From Lingula anatina (lineage: Eukaryota > Animalia > Brachiopoda), in contig CM120641.1 of NCBI GenBank assembly GCA_051362555.1, forward strand, positions 7,998,001-8,062,000: 64,000 nt of DNA. Direction: 5' to 3'. The notes under the pieces were generated by a model. That model saw only the letters and a list, made by a program, of their open reading frames with translations. It was not told the DNA's origin and searched no databases. Shown piece after piece: positions 12,739-26,013 of the stretch (position 1 is its first letter; every line of letters begins with the position of its first letter). A program made the translations under genes and the position numbers.

Positions 12739-14000
12739 ACTTTACCAACCTTTAACATCCTTTTCTGACACTCACAACTTTGTATCAATTTTGTAAAAGG
12801 CAAAAGATCAAAGCCTGCACTTCTGATTTACAGATTCTAATTTTTACAATACTAAAGTATAACAAATACTGTGGTGACCAAAAGGCTTAGGATATTAAAA
12901 GTTAAAGAATTTGAAGACATTGTAAGTACATAAATCACTTCTAGTTGAACTTATCTGAAGACAAGTTATACTTTTCAATAATTTTTAACAGATTAACACC
13001 ATCATTGCCAATCATCATGAACTCGGGGAGTCAAAAAGATGGCAGAATTTGAAAAACTCACACTTCAGCATGGACTTAGGATTTTGCAATTTTCCCAGAT
13101 TATTACAGAGTAATGGCATGCACCAGGAAAGGGGGATCAATGGTTGCATAGCTGTAGAAAAAATTTATCCCTGGATAATCCCTTACGCATACTTTTTGCA
13201 CGGGGAAAATCTTCCACTGATCGCCTTTAAGGGGTGTTCAAATTAATTTTATTAATTTTTTTTGGCTACATAAAGGTCTTAAAATCTAATGCTCATTGTG
13301 TACTTTTTTATCTCCTGTACAAACTAATCTGAGCAGTGCAATGAGTACACTGGGACATTTTCAGACAAGCCAAGGAATATAGAAAGGGTCCTGGGCTTGG
13401 GAAGTTCAGATTTTACTGGGGATGGGGCACTGCTGTTTGTCAGGAAAAAATGCTGCAGACTTTCAGTGTGTTAAATTTTTTTATTTTTTCAAAGTACTTA
13501 TACAGTTAATGCGGGATGTGTTGAATTTTCACATCAGTCACAATATACCTGCTACCAGGGCCACATTGAATTTTCAATTAATATTTACTGTTATTTCTCT
13601 GGATAGTTATGTGAGCTTTGTGTACTGTAATCCTGTGATGAAATCCAAGTGTTTATTACAAGTTGGTCACTGTTTTCATATCTACTGAGGCAGTGGCAAT
13701 TGGCAAGTCCATGGTAAGTCCCTCAGATAGCAGTCAAATCTGCAATGGATCTGACCTTCATTCCTGGCCATACCTTGCTACACTGGAATATGACCTGCGC
13801 ACAGTTTTGGAAACCCTTCCTACAGTAACCATGTGGAAGACAGACAAGTGAAGAGAGATAATGTAACAAGCATTTTGGCATGACATGCAGTAAGTGGTTT
13901 GCCTCTGGCAGAGAGTAGTCAATTTAAATGCCACATCTGAACTACTGAAAAATGTCCAGACAGAAATGTGATACTGAAAAAAGTCCAGACAGTTTTGTAC

Positions 14001-15271
14001 TCATTTTTTCTTATTTTTCAAACTCTGCAAATAAAGTCCCAAAGTCTGTTGTACTTTCTCTTGTTTTATCAGAAACACAAATGATTCTGTATCAACATCT
14101 TGAGTTTCTTGTAGTTTTCTCCAGTATATTCTTCTCAAAACATCTTTGGTCATTCCTCTAGCAAGAGCTGTAAATAAAATTTGATTACATTGAAAAACCT
14201 TTTTATTACATTATAAAATTAATTGTTCTTCCACAATATCTAAAATATTTCTTCCAGAAATTTATTTCCTTAATGCATTTCATATCTTATATGTCTGTAA
14301 AACTATACAATTAATATACGAGCATAAATTTAAAATAAATTACAATAAGTTTAAAATTCCACAATCACAAGACCAACTCTTGACAAATTAACAACATTAA
14401 AAATTTAAAAAAAGTCTTTCCCACTGCAAACTGTAAAAGCATTCAGAAAGCACAGAGCTTTTTATAATACATCTTAGTTATCATTGCTATTTATAAATTG
14501 GTTGATTTATTAATTTATAGATCATAAGATCTAGTCGCTTTTAAGTTAACTTAGCCCATTTCTGACATATCCTGAAAATTTTAAAATCCACCCATAACCT
14601 TTTGAGTTAGGCTGTTAACAAACAAACCAACAAATGCTAAAACATAAACCTAGGTCACTCCAAACAACAGTTAAATTTTGAGTTATTTCCACTTAAAAGC
14701 AGACACTGATAAAATGGCGTGAAAATAACTGTATTTAGCTGTTGCTTATAGAAACTATCACAGTAACTTTGTATGACACAGTGGATGAAGATCTTTGCTG
14801 GAATAAACTACCTGGTATCTTCCACTCTGAGAGCTCTTTCTCCACAGTTGGAATAACATCATTTAGAGGTACTACTTGGTCCACAAGTCCAACTTTCAAA
14901 GCTTCTTCTGATGTGAAAAGTTTCCCTGTCTGTAATGCTAGCTCTGACAGTCTTTGGCCCAGTATACCCACATACAAATCAATAAACCTAAAATGGATGA
15001 ATTATCTATATAAATCCCCTCATAAAATCCTTAAAACCACATTTTTTTTGCATAAGTGAAGAATACTTTGTTATTTCTATTCATTCAAACACTGCTGCAG
15101 TTGATCCTGTTAGAGATGATCACCACATTTTTTCAGAATTGGTGAGCAGGAGTTCTAATCATGTAATACTATATATTTAAAAAAATGGTGACATTTGGAA
15201 ATCACTAATTTATCATTTATATGGTGTAAAGATCTTAATAACAGAATCCCAATTAAATTGCCTGCATGAAC

Positions 15272-15302
<31 letters not shown>

Positions 15303-17849
15303 TTAACTCACCAGGTTGGTGCAACAATTCCCTGAAAAGAAAAATATCATAAATGTATAATATATATCAGTACCTTGACGGTCCTAGAGTGATGCCAAAG
15401 AAGGCCATAAGCAAAAAATACTTCAATAATTTACTCAATCTTCAAATGTGATAAAAATATACAGACTTATTGTCAAAATTAGATTTCTACAACTTGACCT
15501 CAGCTCAAGCTCTAGAATTGAGTACACTTTGCCAAATGGCTAAAATTTCTTATTTTGTCACATTTGTCAGAAATAAAAATAACTTTAAAGTGGGTTCAAG
15601 GCACAACAGTTGTATTGACTCACCAGCTTTGTTTCATTAAGTCCTATTGTAAAATTTTCAGCCATGACTCTATAATCACAACTCATTGCCAAAAGAGCTC
15701 CTCCAGCTGGACTGTGTCCCTGCAATACCATCAGCGTAAGTGGATATAAAACATCCATTTTTGCAGACACTGAACAGGATACTTGGACTGTGTTCCCACA
15801 AACCCAACTTACTAGCTGGTTCAATCTAACTCTGCGGGGCTTCTTACTAAAGTGCTTTCAGTGTAATCAGCTTAATCATCTGGCATGGCCGCTTGAGTAA
15901 CTAAGGGGTAAATGACTATATATTTAAATACCCCTTAGCAGCTTGAGTAGGTATGCCAGACATTTAAGCTGCTTACATTGAATGCAGTTTAGTGAGAATC
16001 CTTGCAGACTTAGATCCAGCTAGTGCAAAATAATAAACTGATGAACACAAGCATCCCACATAATATCCAGGTCCATTTTTGTAGAAAAATTTTATAATAT
16101 AAGTACAGACCATTAACTGATTCTAAGACTATTACAGAAAATCTGCTTTAAACACATGCATGTGCTTGTAATATGAAAGCATTTCAGCAGTCTCAATAAT
16201 GTTCCTCCCAATCAGCTGTTTCTAAATTATCTTCTTATATACATACATCAGACACATTTCTATACTATACTTACTGTTATGGCAGCCATAGTTGTTTTGG
16301 GAAAGCTATACAGTCTTATCCACATGTCTTGTAAACTTGTCCAGAATTCTCTAAGTCTCTTATCATCGGGCTGGTACATCTCTGTTATGTCAAGCCCTGC
16401 ACAAAAGATATTAGTGAGTCCCTGCAAATCCAAAGAATACAAGGCTTCAAAGCTGACATATAAAAGAATATTCTGAAATGATGGATAGGCAATGTCGCAA
16501 ACAAACATCATTTCAATGGAAATTTCTCCATCCCAGTGCTTTCAGCATATGAATACTGATATTGCATATTATAAATGCAAATTTCAATGATTACTTTATA
16601 CTAGACACAACTACCAGTACTACTGCTGTATACCCATACACTTTAGTGCTACAAATTTGCATATAAGCTAGCATGTGTTATTGCTCAAGCCTCATAATGA
16701 TCATTTCATGATCTCAGTAACTATTCTACTACCTTTTAGATAAAAGTATGATTCCTTCTACTCAAAACGTGTGTATATATATAACTGCTAGTGTGGTTTG
16801 TTTATGTGTGTATGCAGAGTAAAAAGATGACTAATGGTTATTGTATTTATATTTATATAAAGATTATACTAATATAGCGACAAGCTTCACATTAATAACT
16901 TCTTACAATGTGTCTGTCATATACTCAATTTATGCTTATTTCATATACATAGGCATTACCATCTTATTAAACCAGACCCAACTTACAGATGTTAATATAA
17001 CTGCTCTGCAATCTTGATCATCCTGAATTTCACCCAATGTTTTATGCATAGATTGCAAAAACTCCAAGTTCAGGCTGTTGACTGGAGGTTTATTCATGGA
17101 AAGAGTTACAACACCTTAAATTAAGAAATAAAACCCTTTTTCAGAAAATCACATTTAAACATTGGCATAGTAAAATGCTTAAGTTCAACTAAAAGCTCCA
17201 CAAAAACTATACTTATATTTCAATAATACTTAATACAATTTTAATACTTTTGTTTTTTGATAAATAGGCATTAATTTTTCAACCAGCATGAACAAAGGCA
17301 GATCCAAATTGTGCAACACTCAAGTCTTGGTGAAGGATACAAGACGAGTGGAAAAAATATGATCCCATTTTTCTTATGCCCTCTATCCCAGCTAGGTGAT
17401 GTGATACAGGTTCTTAACCAGCAATTTAACAGAGGGGTTCTTTTTTCTTTTTCAGAAAAAGTGGACAATTTTACCATGAAACCATCAAGTATATAGATCA
17501 AATTTCACCAAGTGCAGACTGCACTCGTTTACATTTCAACTATATATGTACCAGTTAATACAATTTACAATTTAAAAAATCTCTCTAGTCTCAATTACAA
17601 GACCTTTTTTACCTATACTACTTTGAAAAAACAACAAAATTCTGTATAAACCCAGACAATTTACATAATCTTCAAAAGTTAATTTTCACCTGTGTTTGAG
17701 TTATGAGATACTTGGAGTCCATCTCTTTCTGTCACACTGGATAAAAACCTTGCCTGACACTTTGCAAAACTTCTTCCTGTGATAGAGTTCACATGTTTTC
17801 TGCAAAAAGCTAGGCAGGAAGGAAACCTCAATGTTCTTAGAGCTGCCAT
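14001..17849 (-). CDS. ECI1: Enoyl-CoA delta isomerase 1 paralog B (~297 aa, catalytic GLNE intact); exons 17690-17849, 16987-17114, 16275-16421, 15624-15719, 15312-15331, 14812-14987, 14001-14167
   Basis: PPVNSLNLEFL, IFCAGLDITEMY, GHSPAGGALLAMSCDYRVMAENFTIGLNETKLGIVAPTW; same exon structure as paralog A; 894 nt in frame. Confidence 0.9.
15811..16024. mobile_element. Degenerate palindromic (foldback) MITE-like element in an ECI1-B intron
   Basis: actagctgg..ctaaggggta / taccccttag..ccagctagt form imperfect arms around a short centre. Confidence 0.55.
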
Positions 17850-19269
17850 ACTTCTGAAGAGAAAGAAATTATAAAAACAAAAGTTATACCTTATACATGT
17901 ACTATGCAATACTTGCACATTAAGTTTAACTTGGGAAATTTTTGTACTGATGTTTGCATTCCAGACAATTGTATGTAGCACTTAAGTTGTTTATTTTCAC
18001 AAACCACCATAAAAAGCAAGGAAGTAAATATTTACTTCCTTGATAAAAGTGTCCCAAGACAAAATGTCAGATTTATACCAGTTTTAACATTTCAGTGTGC
18101 TTCTTAATTACTGCAGGCTGACCTGTGTTGACATATATCTAAGAACAGCTGGTATTACCATGTGGGCAATAGTTGGGAGATAAAGGAAAGGTTACAAGTG
18201 AATTTTCTTAAGACAAACCTTTGAATGAAAAAAAAAGTAATGGATACGGAACAAGGACTTAGATTTTAAACTGGTAAGTTTTTTGGGGGAATTTTTTCAT
18301 TTTTGTTCTGCTTCTTGTTACCCATTAAGTCAACCTTAGGACGTCAAATTCTAATGAATAAGCTTTAAAAGACATATTGTATTAATGTTTTTTTCATATT
18401 ACATGTGTTTTTAATGGAAATTGCTTCATATTACCTAGTTAACATGCATATTACTCTCTTTGGTACTAATCCTTATAAAAATTTTTTTAAACTATATACA
18501 TGTGCCCATACCATGCATGGACTATCACTTGGATGGATTAATGAACCTAAAAACCAAGGGTCATACTTCTACTTCTGGTCAGAACCAAGGTATTTTTCAA
18601 GTTCAGTGTCAATAATTGAAGACTAAATAAAGAACAACTGTCTGTATTCTGTCATAATTTAATGTACCATGACGTATATTAAAATTTCGATTCTGTTGAT
18701 TAAATGCAAAAACCAATAAAAAAAGTGTAAAACAGATATGTATTTATTTGTATAACAAATTTCAAGCCGCTAATATAACAGGGAAAAAAGCATACCAACC
18801 AGGAGCCAGGTAAAGGCTTTTTCGTAAATATAATGATAACTAACTACATTTGTTTGTGCAATAAATACATGGACAAGCCTCCAAAATCTTGGAAAATCCT
18901 CCTTATAACACACTTGACAATATCTTTAGAGATTTTACATGTGATCTGATTAAGGACACGTTTACGCCACTGGTTGATGATTAACGTATTCTAAAGCAAC
19001 TTGTAAAGCATACCCACTCTATTTACCTGGGCCTTCTCTGAGTACAACAGGCGCTAGGAATCTGACCTTTGCTCTCCTTTGCTCCTTTAGCTTCTTTAGT
19101 TAGTAAAGACGGAAAAGAGTGCACTCAAGAAAAGCCTTTTGCTCACATACTTACGCGTCCACACACATAAAATACAGTTGATTTTAAAGATGAACATTGT
19201 TCATAGTGGCTTTAGCAAAGTACCATTCAATTTGAAATGACTGTATCATACCTCACAAACAATTTTACC

Positions 19270-19620
19270 TTTCTGCATTAGCGTAACGTAGTGGGGAACC
19301 CCCTCTCCCACAATTCCACGCGCAGGTTCCCGCCCTCATCTATCAATCAATGGAAGTCACATGATAACTCTTAAAAAGAAACGTACTAGGTGGGTTTTCT
19401 GCAAAGTACGGCATCAATAAATATATTTTTTCGGTCAAGATGATAAATAAACATCTGGAATATAACTTGAATTGTTTACTTTAATTCTTTTGCTGGAATT
19501 TAGGGTATTCTTTACATAAATGTGAAAAGACCGGAAGTGCCTTGGCAACTAATTTGCATACGGAGCAATGTCAGTCGCGTTGTTTATCCGCGATTTGGGG
19601 GTCAAGGTCTTAAAATGTGA
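19270..19620. promoter_or_regulatory. Probable divergent promoter region for ECI1-B (non-coding 5' exons) and the PIDD1-like gene
   Basis: CpG-containing segment with CCGGAAGTG at ~19531; outward-facing donor-like sites at ~19150/19265 (-) and ~19653 (+); both ATG exons begin with splice acceptors. Confidence 0.45.
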
Positions 19621-20297
19621 AATCTCGTCGTGATAATGACCTTTCATGAAAGGTAAGTGTGCTGATCTTTAATTAATTCCTTTAAGTACCATTAAATCAT
19701 AAATACCCGCGAAGACCTGCAATTAATTTATCAAAATTTTCTTTCAAATAAGAGCATCTTTGTGCCATACTGTTGCACTGTGGTAACAACATGGCGACTA
19801 AGTAAATTAAAAGTAGGTCAATTAAATGAAATTACTTTTTGAAGGCAAGTGCAAAAATTAATTTTCTCCTCCTAAGCTGTTCTGGATGTCGGTATTCCAG
19901 TGTCTTTTTGCATACGTTGCGCGCAGATGTAATGTCAGAGCATCTTCAGAAAATGTTGGTCTCGCTCACCATAGTTAGACCAAACATTATCTTGCCTGTG
20001 CTTGTGAAATGCTGGCTTTGTGATTGGTGAAGCAGTTATTCCAATGTATACCTAAAAAACAGCAGAATTATCGTTTCTTTAGGTTCCTGTATTGATGTAG
20101 GCATAAAGCATTGTATGTGTATCCTAAACATGTGTATGTGCTTACACGAATCGCCGGTCTCTTTCGTGACCTACTTAAGCTATCGCTGTGGAACTACCAT
20201 CAGTGGAATTGCACTAATAGTACTCATTGTAATATATATACATATGTAAATAAATGGTGGCCTCTTTGTCATGTCCCATCTGTTATTGTTTTTATTG

Positions 20298-20464
20298 TTT
20301 GGGGATAGCTATACAGTCTTATCTACATGTCTTGTAAACTTGTCCAGAATTCTCTAAGTCTCTTATCATCGGGCTGGTACATCTCTGTTATGTCAAGCCC
20401 TGCACAAAAGATACTAGTGAGTTCCTGCAAATCCAAAGAAAACAAGGCTTCAAAGCTGACATAT
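20298..20464 (-). pseudogene. Duplicated fragment of ECI1-B exon 3 plus upstream intron
   Basis: Near-identical to ~16297-16461; lacks the exon's 3' end and splice donor. Confidence 0.85.
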
Positions 20465-20565
20465 TTGATAGAAATTTTTTATATGTTAAATTATATACTG
20501 TCGAATGCATGTTAAAACAAGGATATTTTGATATTTAAATTTTTTTTCAGGCATAGTTGAGGGCT

Positions 20566-23500
20566 ATGCAAAGCCCAGGTGGAGGTGGCTGCAGAGTAGA
20601 GCGGGAAATTATCGAGGCACAAAAGTGGCATAAAGAAGAATTGCACATCCGTGGCTTTGAACTAGAGTCATTGCCACTATCTGTTTGCCAACCACCCATC
20701 ACAAAGACTTTATTCAAGCTAGACTTGAGCCACAATTTTATCAGCGAGTTGCCTCCATCCATTTCCAAGCTTGTGAACTTGCGTCACCTCTGCTGCAGCC
20801 ACAACCAGCTTTTGAGCCTGCCAGAAGAACTTGGTCTGTTCAATTATTTAAAGACTTTAGATGTATCCAGGAACAAAATTTCTAGGATTCCAAAGTGTTT
20901 GACAAATGTCCGAACTTTAGAGATTGCTAACTTCTCTGGAAACAAGATTGAACTCTTGAATCCAGAAGTGCTATCCTTACCCAATCTACAGAGATTGTAT
21001 GTGACAAAAAATCCCATCACAAATGTACCCAGGGAAGTGTTCTTAGATGGGTTAGACAAGCTTCGCCAGTATTTTGAGTTATATTTATCACTCTATGATA
21101 GTGATTCTTTAACACAGCATTTAGAAGCCCTAACAATCAGTGGCTCCACACTACCATCTTCTTCAGCTGCAGTTCATACATTACCTCCTGTGAAAACTGC
21201 AGTTACAAGTGACTATGGTTCTTGTTCAAATGACTTGGTATCAGTTAATACAGGATCTGTTCATGAAGACAGCTGTAGCTGCTTTGGGGACTGTGGCAGT
21301 GATGGTGACCCAGATTTTGACGACTCTTTTTCAGAATCAAATCAACCTTGTTTAGATGAAATTTTAAGTTCAGATTCCGATTTTGAAGAGGATGGATACA
21401 TTGAAAAAATCCTGCCAGATAGAACTAAATTGTTGAGGTATGGCAATGTTACTGTTCATATCCCACAACACAACAAAAGTGGACATTCTGTGCATGATTT
21501 CCACATGGAAATATTAGAAGATTGGATGTACAAGCCTGATACCACAGAAAGAGCTGTCCATGCTAGTCAGGTAGTGTGTGTAGAACCACATGGCGCAAAG
21601 TTCTATGTCACAGAACCTGCAATATTAACACTTCCATTAGGAGTAGGTGTAGACCAAGAAGACCAAGTGATCTGTCTCTGTAGTAACTCAGTCCCAGGGA
21701 ACTTTCCAGTCTGGGAACCAATACCAAAGAGTGATTATAAATGGGATAGAGACAGGGTTACAATCAGAACATGGCATTTTAGTTTATTTACAGTGATTGT
21801 CTCTAAACCTTACCCTGAAGTTGTCAAAGAGGTGCTTGCTGGTGAAGGTGGACATGTCATAGTAGATGATGTTCCTGGAGTTGAAGTGCACTTTCCCAAA
21901 GGTGCTCTACAGGAAAACATTGATGCCAGGATTAAGGTTTATTATGCTGATGAACCGTATGCTAGAGATGACCAGTCTGATGGTCAAGCTCAGGCCTTGG
22001 CAACACCTGTTGTTATGGTGGGTCCACACGGCTGTCAGTTCAAACCAAATCATTATAATAATCCAGTGACACTGCGACTTCCACTACCAGACTGTGGGGA
22101 AATCATGCGCAAGTTTAAAGTCCACCCACAGCAGTGCTTGACAATCTTGCACAGTGACACAGACGAAACACAACCACTCTGCTGGGAGAGGTTGGATGTT
22201 AAGTATAAAGTGGAAAATGACAAGGGTGGAAATTTTTACATCCGTGTACCAGTAACACATTTTTCTTGGTATAAAGCAGTCTGGGACTTACTGGCAGGAA
22301 CTCTTCACAGGGCCAAGGTTGGGGCCTCTTATTTCTATCCTTACATAAGATTTTCCATGATGTGCATTGCTATGATGGAGGAAAACAAAGACACAAGGAC
22401 ATTTGGATTAGAGGTGATTTGTTATCGTAGTGATAAGAAACTACCTGAAGTGGGTAACTACAAGCACAGAGTTGGGGGCAGCATTAAACCTAAAATGGTT
22501 AGACCAGGTGAGGACATGTTTATTACCAGATTTATATTTCTTTGGTTTTACCTTTTTTTTTAAGGTAAAAATAAAATTTGAAAGTTAAATTTTTTGTAGG
22601 GATCATATTTAATGTGCCAATTACACAGACCCAGCCACCTGTAACCTTGTCAATAAGTAACTTCTTTTGACTATTTCCTGCAATATCCAACAACATTTTA
22701 ACAGCACTGCGATTTATTTTCATGTGATTAGCAATCAGTTTATATCACATTTACTTGACTTTACAAATGCAGTCCATGAGAGATATTAAAATTCTGAAAT
22801 GGGTTAATAATGAAGGTCTAAAAAGGCTGTCATGAAATTTGATTACTGTTATATGTTTATTTGTTTGCAGGGCCAGTTATTATACGTCTGGCTTCCAATG
22901 ATTTTGAAGCTGATGTTCTTCATGGGGAAGACCCAAGCCTGACAAAGGTGGAGCTAGATTTCAGGGGAATGGAATTTGAAAAACAATTTGCATGCGTTTT
23001 CAAGGTAGGAAAACACATCTTTACTTCCTGTCTAAAATCCCTGATATTTGACCATAGTATGAATTAGAAACTGCTCAAAGTAAAATATGAAGCAAGTGTA
23101 ACCCCCCAGTAATGCACATGCATCACTGCTATTAGTTTCTTATACAACTCATATTTCCAAAGCATAAACCTAATTAATCACTTTGTCAGTTAAAAAACAG
23201 AATTAAAACTACACTTCTTTGAATTTCTGGTTGTAAACTTGACCTATTTATCCATCCCACCAGTTTGTTGTATGAACATTACTGTTGAGTGTGCAGTACT
23301 TAGCATTAATATTTAATTAAGGGTTGGTGGAAACTGCCAACTTGAAGAGTTTTATGTAGCACAGAAAGAAAGCTGAACAGACTTGTTCAAATATCATTTT
23401 TAGGGAGATACTTTGGTATATCTTGAAGCGGGAGATACTTTGGTATATCTTGAAGCTATGTTATTGGAAACCATGTGATGGCAATTGGTCAGGTCAAGTG

Positions 23501-26013
23501 GCAAAAATCTGAATTGATATGTAACTTAAACTTTTATGATCAACTTGAACTGAAATTTTAGACATTTTACAATAATAAAGTTTTTAAAGACACTGGCCAT
23601 GAGAAACAGTTGAAAACTTACATCGTTATAATATTTCAGGGTGAGCCAGTAGAAAAAGGTGTGTTTGGCAAAGTGTTTGTGGAGAGATTAGTTGTAACTG
23701 GAATTCCTGCTGAGGCTATCTGTGAGTTCAATCTGACTAAGGTGAGTGGAGTTATCAAAAAGCAAATTCATAAAGAGACTATACATGTTTTACCTATGAG
23801 AAATTATGTTTTGTCACATTTAGTTTTGTACTATTTTTACACTTTACAACCTTTAGACAAGAGACAATGAAAAGCCTATTTCACTATATGATAAGTACAA
23901 CTGTAGTTTAGGTAAAATGAAATACCATTATATTATAGTTACAAATACTCATTGTCCACTGTATGCCACATACTATAGCATTATTATAATGCAGTGTTAA
24001 AATACAGGCAAGCATGTAAGCAAAATACCAGTGCAATTATCCAATTGTTTGATGCACAAGTCATGGTATAAAATTTGTTAATGACCAGGTAAATTGTCTA
24101 AAGTTAAATGCCTCAATACACCTGAACATAATCTCTTTATGGTAACTTTTTAACAGTATGGTCTTCAATAAACCTGTGGTTGTAATTCTATGAGAAGTTT
24201 ACTGCATTTGTTGTTTTACATAAAATTCCAATTTCTTATGTTGGCAGAATGGTAATGAAGCTGATGTAATGCCAGACACAACTGATCGATGGTCACTTAT
24301 GGCTGTCAAAGAACTGGCAGGTTAGTAAAGATGAAATGAATTCCTATATTCTGTATTTTTAACAGAAGTGTGAATATAATATTATTTTGGAAGGAAAATG
24401 TCAGTACACCTAAATACTACATGCTGGATTTCAATATGCTTATCTTGACATTTAGACTTCCTTACATAATACATTTAATAAAATGTTGTCAGCATTTTGT
24501 GTATTAATATATTCCATTATACTTCATAAGGTGAACTGTAAGTCTTAGCCCTTTTTGTCATTTGTCTTCATTTCTAAATGGTCTCAGTATATTCATTGGC
24601 TTTTTTTCTTTGACACCATTTTAGCCATGCTAAACATTACTGCAGATAACAACTGGAAAAAGTTTGCCAAACACTTGGGTTTCACCAATCATGAAATCCG
24701 CAACAGACTGTCTTACACCGAGGACCCATTTGCTTTCATGTTGACCATGTTTCAAAATAGGGGCGGGACCCCAGATGAGTTTGTACAGTCACTGTATGAA
24801 GTGAGTAGATCACTTCGCATGGGTGATGGCAGTGGTTCCTTAGACCAGATTGGTTTTATGAACCAGTCAGGATTCAGGACAACTGATGATGAAGACAGTA
24901 GCATGTCAGATGAATCTGCAATTGCAGGTAAGTTCATAATGTATTATTAGTATTTTATGAAAAGAAAAAAAATTGATGTTCTCTCATTTTGTGTGTTTAT
25001 TGAATATTTAATATTTGTCAATATGTGGATTATAGTTTTTCCCACAGATTTTATGTAATCACATTGTTAAGGTATGGCACTTTTTGTTTCATTATTATTA
25101 ACCTAACACTAATACTTGATATTGACAGAAGAACCATCACTTAAACATCAATATGCATTAAAGCAGAATTAAAAATTTTTAAACAATAAAACAAATCTTT
25201 TAAGATGTCTGGGAAAAAGAAAGAAACTGGCATGTTGTTAGATCAAAGAAAGAAAAATGATTTAGATTTAATGTAAAGATATTCACACATGGAACCTGAT
25301 TTGTTATTGATTCAAAAGTCATCTTATCTAAGTAGGTAGCCTACATTGTTGAGGCATTGAATTCCAGCAGTGACAAGTTAAATTGAGTGTTATCAATTTT
25401 TAGGTAAACAGAGGCTAAGATAGTAGCTATGGTTTTAAATTTGATTGCTTATGTGCATTTATTTCAGTCTAGGAAGAGAATGTGGAAGTTTGTTTTCTTT
25501 AGAGAAGGAAAGTTTCCATTAATATCAGTTAGATTAGCAACAAATGTTTAATTGTTACTCATTTTACTCAAATTTTGAATTGCAGGGCCCAGTGGATTCA
25601 TTTCTCCTCCCAGAAAACGTGGAAACTCAATGGCCCCTATGCAGAACCAAGCCAAAAGGAAACGCAAACATTCAGACCACTCTGACAGTTTTTCTAGTGA
25701 AATGTCAGCAGTGCAGGATGATCAGGTTCATAGGAACAACAAGAAACCTCTGGAAGGAAGTGATCTTTGGCGGGTATCACCCTACATCTTTGACAAATGG
25801 AAATTCATGGGGAGAACTCTCAATTTACCAGAAGAAGACATTTTGAGTATTGAACATGCCAATCGAGACATTCAAGAATGCACGTATCAGATGCTGCTCA
25901 AGTGGAGGGAGCGATACCCCCAAAGGTGCACTTTTGGAGTGTTGTATTGTGCCTTGCATGAGAATGGGTTGACATCAGTTGCACAACAGTACTGTACTGT
26001 GCCCAAGACGTAA
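20566..26013 (+). CDS. PIDD1: PIDD1-like protein (LRR-ZU5-ZU5-UPA-two death domains), ~993 aa; exons 20566-22507, 22871-23004, 23640-23741, 24248-24320, 24625-24927, 25586-26013
   Basis: LxxLxLxxN LRRs; ZU5 motifs (VEPHGAKF, GPHGCQF); WHFSLF and THFSWY autocleavage motifs; death-domain-like NWKKFAKHLGF and KWKFMGRTLNL..YQMLLKWRE; 2982 nt in frame. Strict orthology is unverified. Confidence 0.8.
23403..23456 (+). repeat. Perfect 27-bp tandem duplication (gggagatactttggtatatcttgaagc x2)
   Basis: Direct reading. Confidence 0.9.

Noticed and set aside
25468-25490. Possible extra PIDD1-like exon after atttcag
   Set aside because: No good donor, and the flanking exons already join in frame.
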